A stretch of DNA of 54,384 nucleotides from a virus (lineage: Duplodnaviria > Caudoviricetes): the IMG/VR virus record IMGVR_UViG_3300044809_000029, positions 1 through 54,384 of that record. One strand, 5' to 3'. The position numbers and the translations under genes were made by a program. The notes below the pieces were generated by a model that was given only the letters and a program-made list of their open reading frames with translations, was not told the origin of the DNA and did no database searches. Positions 7,102-16,256 of this stretch are shown one piece after another (within the stretch, counting starts at the first letter, position 1; each line of letters begins with the position of its first letter).

Positions 7102-8813
7102 CAGGCGTTCACGCTCCGGCTGACCTCGTACCAGTAATCGCCCGTCGCTTGGTAGGCGAGCGTGATCGCGTCGTACTTCGTCGCGCTGAAGTTCGCCCCA
7201 CCCGCCAGCCTGAGACTCGACCCGGCTTGGAGGATGCACCCGATGTTCGTGTTGAACTGCAACGTGATCTTGCGGTCCTGCCGCCGCGACGGCGAATCCA
7301 ACGCGGTGATCGTCGTCTCCCCGGTGACGTTCACGTTGTCCTGATCGTCGCGGACAATCAGCGTCGCCGCCGACGGACGGTCCGCCGTCTGATTCGTGGA
7401 GTTGCCCGCCACTCGGTTGTGGATGCCGGGCACGCTCATCGAGTCCGTCTGGAAGCCGAAGATGACGTTGCCGGTGAACGAGTTGTAGTCGCACACGCCG
7501 GGCGCATCGTCGAGGGAGCGGATGCCGTACGCGTGGTTTGGGCTGCCGTTGGTGTCGATGATCGTGTTGCCGGTCACCGCGCAGCCCTTCACGTCCGTCT
7601 GCGGGCTCCCCACCGCCGCGAGGCGAATCGCGCCGTCGGGAGTGCCGACGCAGCAGTTGTAGATATCGTTGCCCGAGACGACCGTCCAGCTCGCGCCGAC
7701 GAGGATGCCCTGGAAGTAGGCGCCCTCGATGTAGTTGCCCGAGACGACGTTGCGCTCCGAGGCGCCCGAGGCGGCGTTCGCGGTGATGTAGACGCCGCGG
7801 GAGTGGTTGAGGATCGTGTTCCCGGTGATCGACGTGCCGCGGGTCCCGTTGGAGCACCGGACCCCGGCGTAGCCCGTGGAGTTCGTCGCGGCCTTCGTGA
7901 TCGAGTTCCCGCTGACGGTGCAGTATTGGGCTTGGGAGACGTTCACGCCCGAGGAGTAGTTCTCCTCGAGGATGTTGTCGCTGACGACGACGTGCCACGG
8001 CCCGGAGTCGGCGACGCCCGAGTTGCCGGAGAGGGCGATGCCGTGCCCGCCGCTGACCGCGAACGCCGCGGCCGACCCGGACCCACTGACCTTGCAGCCC
8101 GAGATGCGGCCGCTCTTGGAAGCCTGCGTCGTGTAGTCGATCAGGATGCCGTTGTTCCACGCGTTGCGGACCGCGACATCCACCACCGAGAAGTCGGTCG
8201 TTCCCTCGATGATGATGCCGTTGCCGCCCGGCACGTTGGCCTGGTTGCCGTCGACCGTGAAGCCGCGCAGGTGCACGCCCGTCTTGTCGGTCACGCGGAA
8301 CACAGCGACGTTCGAGCCGGCCTTCGCGCGCACGACAGCGGTCCTCGGACCGATGACGGTGGTGTTCGACGGTGGCGTGATGTTCGCCGAGACGTCCATG
8401 AGCCGATTCGGAGGGAGCTGCAACACGCCGCCGACGGCGGGGTCGAGGTCGGCGTAAGCGTTCGTGAACGCGGTGTTGTAGTCGGCGTGCGAAGCGTTCC
8501 AGTAGTCCAGGAGCGACACGTCAGCGGGGCGAACCTCGAACCGCTGCTTCCACGTACGACCGCCAGCGGCAGTGACAACGAGGTCGTAGGCGCCCGGTTC
8601 GAGCCACAACTCCGCAGCCGGATCGGTGGGGGCACTGAGCCTCCCGTACGTCGTCGTCAGCGGCTGCGTGATCTGCGTCGTCCCGGTCGAGGCCGCGTAG
8701 ACGGGAGCCGCGCCGTCGCCACGGTAGTTGACGGCGACACTCGCGCCATCCACATGGACGAGGAGGCGGCCCTGCGGCTCGAAGACGGACTCCTGAAGCT
8801 GCGTGCGAGCCAT
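7101..8813 (-). CDS. Tailspike / right-handed beta-helix depolymerase
   Basis: Repeated (V/I)SGNxI rungs and LRGFTVDGN; N-terminal anchor-like domain. Confidence 0.85.
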   Translation of the reverse strand: MARTQLQESVFEPQGRLLVHVDGASVAVNYRGDGAAPVYAASTGTTQITQPLTTTYGRLSAPTDPAAELWLEPGAYDLVVTAAGGRTWKQRFEVRPADVSLLDYWNASHADYNTAFTNAYADLDPAVGGVLQLPPNRLMDVSANITPPSNTTVIGPRTAVVRAKAGSNVAVFRVTDKTGVHLRGFTVDGNQANVPGGNGIIIEGTTDFSVVDVAVRNAWNNGILIDYTTQASKSGRISGCKVSGSGSAAAFAVSGGHGIALSGNSGVADSGPWHVVVSDNILEENYSSGVNVSQAQYCTVSGNSITKAATNSTGYAGVRCSNGTRGTSITGNTILNHSRGVYITANAASGASERNVVSGNYIEGAYFQGILVGASWTVVSGNDIYNCCVGTPDGAIRLAAVGSPQTDVKGCAVTGNTIIDTNGSPNHAYGIRSLDDAPGVCDYNSFTGNVIFGFQTDSMSVPGIHNRVAGNSTNQTADRPSAATLIVRDDQDNVNVTGETTITALDSPSRRQDRKITLQFNTNIGCILQAGSSLRLAGGANFSATKYDAITLAYQATGDYWYEVSRSVNA

Positions 8814-9979
8814 TACGGACTCGTCACGGTGCCGGCGGCAGTAGAAGCGGAACCCGGGAGCGCAGCAGGCCCGGTCATCGTGACGTCAGCGGTACCAGCG
8901 TTGACAGTGACGGAGGTCGTGTAGTCGAGCCCTTCGACGTTCTCGATCGCAGCGACAACATCGCGGTAGCGCACGATCGGGCGGTCAAGCCACGCTTGGG
9001 AATCGCCGAACGGCGGGCGACCCCAGTTCGCGGGGGACAGGAACGCGAGCACCGCCGCTTCCGCGCGAGCTTCAACATCCGCAGGGTCGTACTGCGCGTA
9101 GCACTTCGCAGCGAAGACAACCGCGATCGTCGTGTACGTCGCGGCGATCCAGTTGATCGTGAGATGCGAAACGGCTTTCGCGGCCTGGAACGCCTGCCCG
9201 TTCGACCGGGCAGTCCCACCGGGGTCAAGGCCCGCACTGTTGACGACAGCGAGCGTCATGATCCCCGCGTTGTTCGACGTGCCGTCCCCCGGGTTGTAAC
9301 CGTCGAGGGGCAGCGCGCGGGCGATCAGCGCGACGTTCGCCACAGCGTCATCCGCGAAGTCCTGCGCGAGCACGAGTGTCTCCGCAGTCAGGCGCGTTGA
9401 GGTGACGAGCCGGTTGCGGTACGCGTCCCGGTCCTCCTCGTCAGCGCCTCCGGTGGTGGGGGCTTCGACGGTGATCGTGTCGACCCACGCGAGCGCGTCC
9501 TCGAGCTGCGGGTCCGTCTGCAACCCGGAACCCGTCGACCCGGCTTCGACCGCGAGGATCTCGACCTCGCCGATGCCAGTGGAGAGCTGCCCGCTGAGAA
9601 TCGTGACGTCCTGTGTGGTCTGAAACCCGACGCGCGTCGTGCCGTCAGCGCCGAGGACCGTCATAGTGGTCCCAGCGGGGAGGAGCTGATCGCCGACGCT
9701 GCTGGTCCTCGTCCAGGTGGTGAGGCCGGTGGCTTGCGTGGCGGCGTTGATCGGCTTGCCGCGGAGGTTCGCTCCGAAGGATTCCCAGATCGTGTCGAAG
9801 ACCTCCGTCGCGAGCTCGCGCGTGATCGCGTGCTGCTCAGCGTCCGCCTCGACGATGACGTTGATCGGGTGCCCGTCCTGCACGACCAAGCCGGGGATGC
9901 GCTCCTCGAGGAGTGCGAGTTCGCTGTCCTTGATGGCTTGCGGGTCCGTTTCGAGGCTGATCGAGATGTAGTCGGTCAA
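8813..9979 (-). CDS. Baseplate J/gp47-like protein
   Basis: AATQATG...LPAGT...AVEAGSTG...TGGADEEDRDAYRNRL. Confidence 0.88.
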   Translation of the reverse strand: MTDYISISLETDPQAIKDSELALLEERIPGLVVQDGHPINVIVEADAEQHAITRELATEVFDTIWESFGANLRGKPINAATQATGLTTWTRTSSVGDQLLPAGTTMTVLGADGTTRVGFQTTQDVTILSGQLSTGIGEVEILAVEAGSTGSGLQTDPQLEDALAWVDTITVEAPTTGGADEEDRDAYRNRLVTSTRLTAETLVLAQDFADDAVANVALIARALPLDGYNPGDGTSNNAGIMTLAVVNSAGLDPGGTARSNGQAFQAAKAVSHLTINWIAATYTTIAVVFAAKCYAQYDPADVEARAEAAVLAFLSPANWGRPPFGDSQAWLDRPIVRYRDVVAAIENVEGLDYTTSVTVNAGTADVTMTGPAALPGSASTAAGTVTSP

Positions 9980-9983
9980 GGGG

Positions 9984-10292
9984 TCAGACTCCGATCCGGA
10001 CGCCGACGATGCTCAGCGCGGGGTTGAGCGCGTCGGGCTGCTCAGTGACGGCAGCGGTCGCGTCGGGGACGTACTCGGTGAGTTGCCGTTCGATCTCTTG
10101 CGCGTCCGCGCCCCCGCTGAGGTGGGCCTGCTCGTAGAGGCCGAAATCGGGGTTGCTTGTGAGCCAGCCTTGCGGGGTGGTGACGAGCACGTAGGTCTGC
10201 GCGAGGGCGTCTTGCGGGGTGCCTTGTTCGACGGTGGCGATCTCGCCGTTGATGACGCGCAGCGGCCAGTCGAGCTGGGGGATCTCAGGCAT
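9984..10292 (-). CDS. Baseplate wedge gp25/W-like protein
   Basis: LVTTPQGW..NPDFG motif; position before J. Confidence 0.75.
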   Translation of the reverse strand: MPEIPQLDWPLRVINGEIATVEQGTPQDALAQTYVLVTTPQGWLTSNPDFGLYEQAHLSGGADAQEIERQLTEYVPDATAAVTEQPDALNPALSIVGVRIGV

Positions 10293-10324
10293 GGGGCCGC
10301 CTCCCGTGGGCGTAGACTCAGGGC

Positions 10325-10537
10325 ATGGCTATCCGCGCGAGCAGCGACTACGTTGCGAGGTTGCTAGAGGCACTCGCCAACGACGAGCCCGTCCATGAGG
10401 CGAGCGAGGGTTGGGTGCGCATCGACGGGTGGCCCGAGCACCTCTCGATCGAGGCTTTTCTCCTTCGCTCCCTCGCCGACGGCCTGCGCCACGACGCTCA
10501 GGCGGCGACCCAGGCGAGCAGCCACCACGAGCCCTGA
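10325..10537 (+). CDS. Small antisense hypothetical protein
   Basis: TAGACT -10 six nt before ATG; fills a gap in the tail operon. Confidence 0.45.
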   Translation: MAIRASSDYVARLLEALANDEPVHEASEGWVRIDGWPEHLSIEAFLLRSLADGLRHDAQAATQASSHHEP

Positions 10538-10740
10538 TCGGACTGCGTGACGAGCGCGAGGTCTCCGACGCTCGGCGAGGAGCCGCCGTGCGCGTCATGC
10601 ACGACGGGGAACGAGTGCAGGCCGTTGTCGTAGCCGGGGATCACCACGCGCAGCGGGCTCGTCGCACTCACGCGAGCCTCCCACGTCGTGATGCCGTCCT
10701 CGTCCGTCGGGTTCGATCGCGTGGCTTCGAAGAGGTCCAC
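10498..10740 (-). CDS. Small baseplate spike/OB-fold-like protein
   Basis: PSVGDLALV...WWLLAW; between hub and wedge genes. Confidence 0.6.
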   Translation of the reverse strand: MDLFEATRSNPTDEDGITTWEARVSATSPLRVVIPGYDNGLHSFPVVHDAHGGSSPSVGDLALVTQSDQGSWWLLAWVAA

Positions 10741-10742
10741 GG

Positions 10743-12662
10743 TCAGCCGTCCACTCCGTACGTCCTATAGCCGAGGAAGTCACTGCGGACCGACTTCGTC
10801 GCGAGTTGGGAGAGGCCGGCGGACGGGCCCATGTTGATACTCATCCCGTTGCCGATGTAGAGATTCACGTGGCTCGCCGTGCTGTTGGGGTCGCCGTAGA
10901 ACGCGAGGTCACCGGGGCGCGGCTGGTTCGTGCGCGTCCCGTTCGCCCACAACGTCCCCGTGAAGCCGGAGCCGTCGTATCCGGAGCCGTTGGGGTCGGG
11001 GGCGCCAGCGAGCTTGTAGACGAGCGTCACGAACGCTGAGCAGTCGATCTCGACCTTCTCGGAGCCCTTGAGGATCCACCCGCCGGGCCGGTCCGATTGG
11101 CCGGCTGCGGTGAGCGGGTCGATCGGGAACAACGTGGGCGGCATCGGGCGCTGGTGCCCGTACACGTACCGGATGCGCTCCCCGAGGGCCTTCTTGGCGA
11201 CTTGGAGGATCGCTGCGCGGACGGTCCCGGACTCCGGGGCGCTGTTGTCCACAAGGGCGGTGCTCGTGCTCGCTGCGGGCTCCGGGAGCTTCGGCTCCGG
11301 GCGGCGCAGGGTGAGGACGCTCTCCTCGGTGTAGAGGTCAATCTCGTTGCTCCACATCAGCCACCGGCCCGTCAAGGGCCCGAAGTCATCAAGCTCCACG
11401 ACGCTCCCGGGCGGGCCGATCCACCGCGCGACACCCGCGTTGAAAGTGACCTCCGAGACGGGCACACCGACGTCCGCCTCGAAGCTGAAGGAGCGCACCG
11501 CGGTCGAGTCGGGCTGGATAACGAACGTGGGGCGGCGCGTAATCAGCCACTCATCGCTCGCGTACCAGAGCTCGTTCGCGTCCGCCCACAACCGCCAGCG
11601 GACCTCCTGCGCGAGCGTGCCCGCCTGCACCCAGTAGTTCTGGCCTTTCTTGACCCGGAAGTCGTACTGGCCGCGCGTGACCTTCACCAGCCCGGCGCCG
11701 CCCCACGCGTCCAGGAGGGCTTGGGCTTCGACCGCCCACCGGTCGTAGAAACCCGGCTGCTCCCCCGAGGCTTCGACGCGCGTGGCGATCTCGCCCGGGG
11801 TCATGTCCGGATACTGCGTGGCGAGGTGCTTGGCGCCGCCCTGCTGAAAGCCCTTGCCGCCGACGAGGAAGTAGTGCGCCTGCTGCGCCGTGTCCTTCTG
11901 CGGGATGTTCGCGGGGTTCGCCTGGAACACGCCCGCGTAGCCGGAGCCCGCTGAGTTGGCGACGGGTCGGAAGGCGCTCTCGCCGATGCCGGCGCAGAGC
12001 ATCGCGATCGTCGCACGGTCGCTCGCGCTGTCCGTGTCGGCTTGCTCGAGCGCGGTCTCTACCTGCTGGCGTTGCGCGTCGTCGATCTGCACGCCCTTCA
12101 CGGTCAGGCGCTTACTCGCGTTGATGCCCTTCCGGCGGGCCTTCTGCTTCGCCTTCTCGGTGCGGTCCTTGATCGGCTGGTCCTCGTGCAACTCCGGGGA
12201 GCGGAACACGACCGGGGTTTCTTTCACGGCGCGGGCGAGACGCGCGATGAACTCCGCGCGGGTGCGCTCAGCGCGGGAGACCGCGATGGGCCGCTGGTGG
12301 CGGCGAAGGAGCGACGCGATCTCATCCTCGAAGATCACGGTCATCTGGTGCTGCCCGCTGCTGTACGCGCCTTCGACGCGGGCGAGGCGGAATCGGGCGC
12401 CGTCGAGTTCCATGCGCGCTGAGCCGAACCGGTCCCACGCGGCCTCCGGGAGCTTCTTCTGCCGCGCGGACGGGCGCGACGTGGGGCGGACGAGCAGCCC
12501 GCTGGTAAGGAGCTTCAGGTCCGCGTCGTCGCACGTCAGCGAGAGCGAGGACGCGCTGTCCATGGTGCGGGTGAGTTTCGCGCCGCCCTTGATGATGCGG
12601 CCTTGGAGGTCCGCGTCGATCTTCTGCCCGTCGAGCTGCAGGCGCTCCCGGAAGTCGCTCAT
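10743..12662 (-). CDS. Baseplate hub with lysozyme-like insert and C-terminal NlpC/P60 peptidase
   Basis: IDCSAFV...PGDLAFY...HVNLYIG; internal GIGES...AGVFQ. Confidence 0.82.
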   Translation of the reverse strand: MSDFRERLQLDGQKIDADLQGRIIKGGAKLTRTMDSASSLSLTCDDADLKLLTSGLLVRPTSRPSARQKKLPEAAWDRFGSARMELDGARFRLARVEGAYSSGQHQMTVIFEDEIASLLRRHQRPIAVSRAERTRAEFIARLARAVKETPVVFRSPELHEDQPIKDRTEKAKQKARRKGINASKRLTVKGVQIDDAQRQQVETALEQADTDSASDRATIAMLCAGIGESAFRPVANSAGSGYAGVFQANPANIPQKDTAQQAHYFLVGGKGFQQGGAKHLATQYPDMTPGEIATRVEASGEQPGFYDRWAVEAQALLDAWGGAGLVKVTRGQYDFRVKKGQNYWVQAGTLAQEVRWRLWADANELWYASDEWLITRRPTFVIQPDSTAVRSFSFEADVGVPVSEVTFNAGVARWIGPPGSVVELDDFGPLTGRWLMWSNEIDLYTEESVLTLRRPEPKLPEPAASTSTALVDNSAPESGTVRAAILQVAKKALGERIRYVYGHQRPMPPTLFPIDPLTAAGQSDRPGGWILKGSEKVEIDCSAFVTLVYKLAGAPDPNGSGYDGSGFTGTLWANGTRTNQPRPGDLAFYGDPNSTASHVNLYIGNGMSINMGPSAGLSQLATKSVRSDFLGYRTYGVDG

Positions 12663-13438
12663 GCGGGGAGGCGGACGCGCTGCCCGACCTTGAGCTTGCT
12701 CCCGAGCCGCAGGCCCGGGTTCGCGCGGGCGATGTCCGACGCGCGGGACGGGTCCCCGTACTCGCGGCGGCTCACGTCCTCGAGGTACTCGCCGGCGCGG
12801 GCGGTCGTGGACCGGTTCGCGATTCCGTGCGCTCGCTTCCCACGGCGGACGCTCTCCGTCAACTGCTTGTCCGTGACGTGCTGGATCAGGTCAACGGTCG
12901 CGCTCGCGCGAGAGCGAGCGGACCCGCCCGGCAGGTAAATCGTCCCAGGGCTGTCCTCATCCCACGTGATCGACGAGACCCGCCACCTGACCGTCGACTT
13001 GAGGGTGAGGTACGGGTGCGGGCCGACAACCCGGACGATCGGCGGCTCCTGATCGGGGCCGGTTCGTTCCGCGAGCGACTCCAACGCCCGGACACTTCCC
13101 TCCACGCTGACCTGGGAGGCGTACGCGTCGAAGCGGATCGGGATGGTGAGGTCGTACGGGTCGTGCCCCGCGTAGCGCGTGAGACTGACCAGCCCGTCGC
13201 GTTCCGTCGTGTCGTAGCGGGCCTTCGGGGGGCGCGGGCTCGCGGGGCGGAACATCGTCCCGACGACGTCGATCGGGGGGTTCTCGCTGAAGATGTAGAC
13301 CTGATCCGGCCCGCCCATGATCCGCAGGGAGGAGGAGCCCGTGCGGGGCTTGCCGTTGCCGAACCCGCCAGGGCCAACGCCGACGGTGGTGACGGGGCTG
13401 ACGACGCCGATCTTGCGGTGCGCTGTCTTGTGGCTCAC
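12659..13438 (-). CDS. LysM-domain tail protein (tube initiator-like)
   Basis: C-terminal GEYLEDVSRREYGDPSRASDIARANP...LKVGQRVRLP. Confidence 0.8.
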   Translation of the reverse strand: MSHKTAHRKIGVVSPVTTVGVGPGGFGNGKPRTGSSSLRIMGGPDQVYIFSENPPIDVVGTMFRPASPRPPKARYDTTERDGLVSLTRYAGHDPYDLTIPIRFDAYASQVSVEGSVRALESLAERTGPDQEPPIVRVVGPHPYLTLKSTVRWRVSSITWDEDSPGTIYLPGGSARSRASATVDLIQHVTDKQLTESVRRGKRAHGIANRSTTARAGEYLEDVSRREYGDPSRASDIARANPGLRLGSKLKVGQRVRLPA

Positions 13439-15156
13439 GGGCCCGCCCTCCGGCCGCGTTGACGGCGGACAATCGTCGCGGTCGAGTTCGTGAGCTCCCG
13501 GCCGTCGAGCATCACGTGAACTTCCATCCCGGCCGGCGCGTCGTGCCCGAACCCGACGGGGAAGCCCTGCGCGTCCGTGCGCACGATCTGCTGCCGGGGG
13601 CCCGCCCCGCTCAGGGGCTGGAAGCTGCGTTGGACTTGCGCGCCCCGGTTGAGGCGTTGCTGCGGGGTGAGGCCGTCCTTGTTGTGCGCGAGCCACGCCC
13701 ACGTACCCAGACCCGCGATCGGGAGCGCGGCGAGTGCGACGGGACCAGCGACCTCGGCGGCGGCGGTCGCTGCCAAGCCGGGGAGGCCCTTCGCGCCGGC
13801 GCGGCCGAACCTACTGAGGAAGCCAGGCTTGCCCTTGCCGGGCAGTCCCCCGCCTCCTTCGTTGACGACCGCGACCCACAACGGGTTCGCGGGCGTGGCG
13901 CCCTTGCTGCCTGAGAGCAGGCCAGCCGCGACGCCGCCCCTCTTGCCGAGGGACTTCCCGAGACCGAACAGCCCGAGCTTCTTCGCAAGGAACCCGCCCG
14001 TGATGACCTTCGCGAGCGTGTCCTCAGCGAGAAACGCCTGCCAGAACAGCTTCGCGGCCATCGCCCCGGAATGCGCCATCGTTGTCGCGAGGACACCGAC
14101 GAGCTTCCCCGCGACCTTCGGCATCTCAGCGACCAGCGCGTTACCGAGTCCGGCCTTCGTGCGCGGGTCCGCGCTCCACTTGTCGAAGCGGGCCATGATC
14201 CGGTCGAGGTTCCGGAGCGTCTTCGTCCCGTCAACGTCCTGCGCCCCGAACAGGTTCAGGAGGCCGTGCCCCAGGTGCCCCGTGGAGGACGCGAAGATGC
14301 TCAGGTCCGTCTTGGCCTTCGCGAAGAACGCGGCCATCTTCCCGGTCTGCCGCGCGTTCTCCAGCCACGTCGAGGCAGCCAGCGCGCCCTTGTCGGCCAT
14401 CTGGGAGAGCCACACCGCGAGCGGAGCGGCTTCTACCGCGACATGCCGGAGCCCGTCCGCGAGGTGCAATCCGGCGCTGCCGAGGTTCGAGAGGATCTGG
14501 ACGTTCGCGCGGCCCACCGTGCCGATGTCCCGGCCCCACGCTCCAGAGCCGAGCATCCCGCCCGCCTTGGACGCGAGACCACCCAGAGCGCCGCCGGTCT
14601 GCCCGACAAGTCGGTTGAACACCGGGAGGTTCCTGAGGGCGCTGTGCGTGCCACGGGAGAGCCCGGGGAGCATCGCGCCCGTCGCGGTCTGCTGGAGCTG
14701 CTGGTGCGCGTTGTTGAGCGTGAAGAACAAGTCCCGCGCCTGGGGGCTGAGCTTCTTCAATGCCGCGGCGTTCCCGCCGAGGGCCTTGCTGAGCCCACCG
14801 ACCGCGAGCTTCGCGACCGTCGCACCCTGCGCGAGAGCGAGCACCCCGACACCGCCGGCCGCGCCAGCGCCGCCGGCCATCACACCGAGAGCCTCCGTGG
14901 CGCCGAGAACCTGCGGAACGAGATTCTTGACGCCGAGTGCGAGCGCGCCGACGGCTAGAGCCCCGCCCTTCATGCTCGTGCTGAACGGGCCGAGACTGAT
15001 GCGCGTGTTCTTCGACTGCGCGTTGAGCGCCTTCATCCACACCGCTGACTCGCGAGCGGCCTGCCCGATGTTCTTCACATGGCGCGCCGCACTGTCAGCG
15101 TCGTGGTTGAACCGCGCCAACTCTCGAAGGCGCACGCGGATATCGACGTCATCCAT
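13435..15156 (-). CDS. Tape measure protein
   Basis: Ala/Gly/Leu-rich helical 573 aa after the chaperones; ATPANPLWVAVVN and VMLDGREL motifs. Confidence 0.85.
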   Translation of the reverse strand: MDDVDIRVRLRELARFNHDADSAARHVKNIGQAARESAVWMKALNAQSKNTRISLGPFSTSMKGGALAVGALALGVKNLVPQVLGATEALGVMAGGAGAAGGVGVLALAQGATVAKLAVGGLSKALGGNAAALKKLSPQARDLFFTLNNAHQQLQQTATGAMLPGLSRGTHSALRNLPVFNRLVGQTGGALGGLASKAGGMLGSGAWGRDIGTVGRANVQILSNLGSAGLHLADGLRHVAVEAAPLAVWLSQMADKGALAASTWLENARQTGKMAAFFAKAKTDLSIFASSTGHLGHGLLNLFGAQDVDGTKTLRNLDRIMARFDKWSADPRTKAGLGNALVAEMPKVAGKLVGVLATTMAHSGAMAAKLFWQAFLAEDTLAKVITGGFLAKKLGLFGLGKSLGKRGGVAAGLLSGSKGATPANPLWVAVVNEGGGGLPGKGKPGFLSRFGRAGAKGLPGLAATAAAEVAGPVALAALPIAGLGTWAWLAHNKDGLTPQQRLNRGAQVQRSFQPLSGAGPRQQIVRTDAQGFPVGFGHDAPAGMEVHVMLDGRELTNSTATIVRRQRGRRAGP

Positions 15157-15346
15157 CCGCGCCTCCGAACGCTCTCGCGAGCAAGTCGTCGTTCAATGCC
15201 CGCCGCGCCTTCAGCGCGTGATCGGCCATCCCGCTCAGCGCCGCGCGCTCCACCACGTCACGGGTCGTCAATAACCGCCACCCGTCAACGCCCATCGCGC
15301 ACGCCCACCCCGCCTCCACTACCGCGGGGTGGTCAGCTATTCCCCC
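15149..15346 (-). CDS. Tail assembly chaperone, frameshift extension (GT part)
   Basis: Slippery GGGGGAA at 15346-15340 just before the stop; -1 frame open until TGA at 15149. Confidence 0.75.
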   Translation of the reverse strand, partial: GGIADHPAVVEAGWACAMGVDGWRLLTTRDVVERAALSGMADHALKARRALNDDLLARAFGGADG

Positions 15347-15831
15347 AGGCGCTCATTCCCCGTGCCGAGCCACTCGTCGAGCTTCGCGTAATGCCCTCGG
15401 ATCGCTGCCTCCGGCATCGGCACGCGGCTGAACGCAGCGTGAACGAACTCGCGCGCGGACTTGCCGGGCCAGTCGAACAGGCTCGCGGCCTCCCCGTCGA
15501 ACTTCACGGGCATCCCCTGGCTCTCGACGGTCTCCCACGGGTCCGTCTTCTCCGCGCGCATCACGAGGCAGTCGCACGCCGCGATGAGGAAGTCGATCAG
15601 GAGATCCCCGATCTTCTCGTCGTCGCCGGGGTCCGGCACGTCGTCGGGGTCCAGGGCCTTGTAGCGCACGCCGAGGTGATGGCTGCCGGGGATCGCGAGG
15701 GTGAGGGTGCGGCGGGATCGGTCCTGCTTGTAGTCCGCGCGGATCTGGTCGAGCAGGGACCGGCCGCGCGGGCGGGGCTCGTCGTGCTCCTCGAGTTCCT
15801 CCGCGGGGATCGGTTCGACGTGGATGCTCAT
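15337..15831 (-). CDS. Tail assembly chaperone (G)
   Basis: Between tube and TMP; ends CTG GGG GAA TAG. Confidence 0.8.
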   Translation of the reverse strand: MSIHVEPIPAEELEEHDEPRPRGRSLLDQIRADYKQDRSRRTLTLAIPGSHHLGVRYKALDPDDVPDPGDDEKIGDLLIDFLIAACDCLVMRAEKTDPWETVESQGMPVKFDGEAASLFDWPGKSAREFVHAAFSRVPMPEAAIRGHYAKLDEWLGTGNERLGE

Positions 15832-16244
15832 GCGCCCGTCGGGGCCATGACGAGCTCGAAGACCGCGCGGTCGCTGGAGTTCTCGTCGGTGTCGGGCGGG
15901 TTGACCTCCGTGAGCGTTCCCGTCCACTGAGCGATCTTGCGGAACGGGTTGCCGTTGGCGTCCTTCGTCCACTTCGCGACCGTCATCGCGCCCTCCACGC
16001 CGACCAGCGCGTTGAGGCGACTCACGAACGAGTCCGTGTCGCGCTGCCAATCGAAGATCCGGCCGATCGTGACCGGCTGGATCTCCGGGAGCCCACCGAT
16101 CTGACTCGCGTACTTCTGCCCGGGGGACCGGTCGGAGGTAACGGCGGCGTGGATCTGCCCGCCAGCGCACGTCTGCCACTCCTCGAGATCCTCGCCGTTG
16201 AGGCGAGCGGTCACGATGAAGCCGCTGTTGAGTGTCTTGCTCAT
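15828..16244 (-). CDS. Tail tube protein
   Basis: 138 aa directly after the sheath; beta-rich. Confidence 0.75.
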   Translation of the reverse strand: MSKTLNSGFIVTARLNGEDLEEWQTCAGGQIHAAVTSDRSPGQKYASQIGGLPEIQPVTIGRIFDWQRDTDSFVSRLNALVGVEGAMTVAKWTKDANGNPFRKIAQWTGTLTEVNPPDTDENSSDRAVFELVMAPTGA

Positions 16245-16256
16245 CTCAGGGGCTCC

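Noticed and set aside
7149-8924. Long plus-strand ORFs (also 13577..15274, 16149..17879, 22605..24149)
   Set aside because: Antisense shadows of real high-GC genes; Arg/Val/Pro-rich with no motifs
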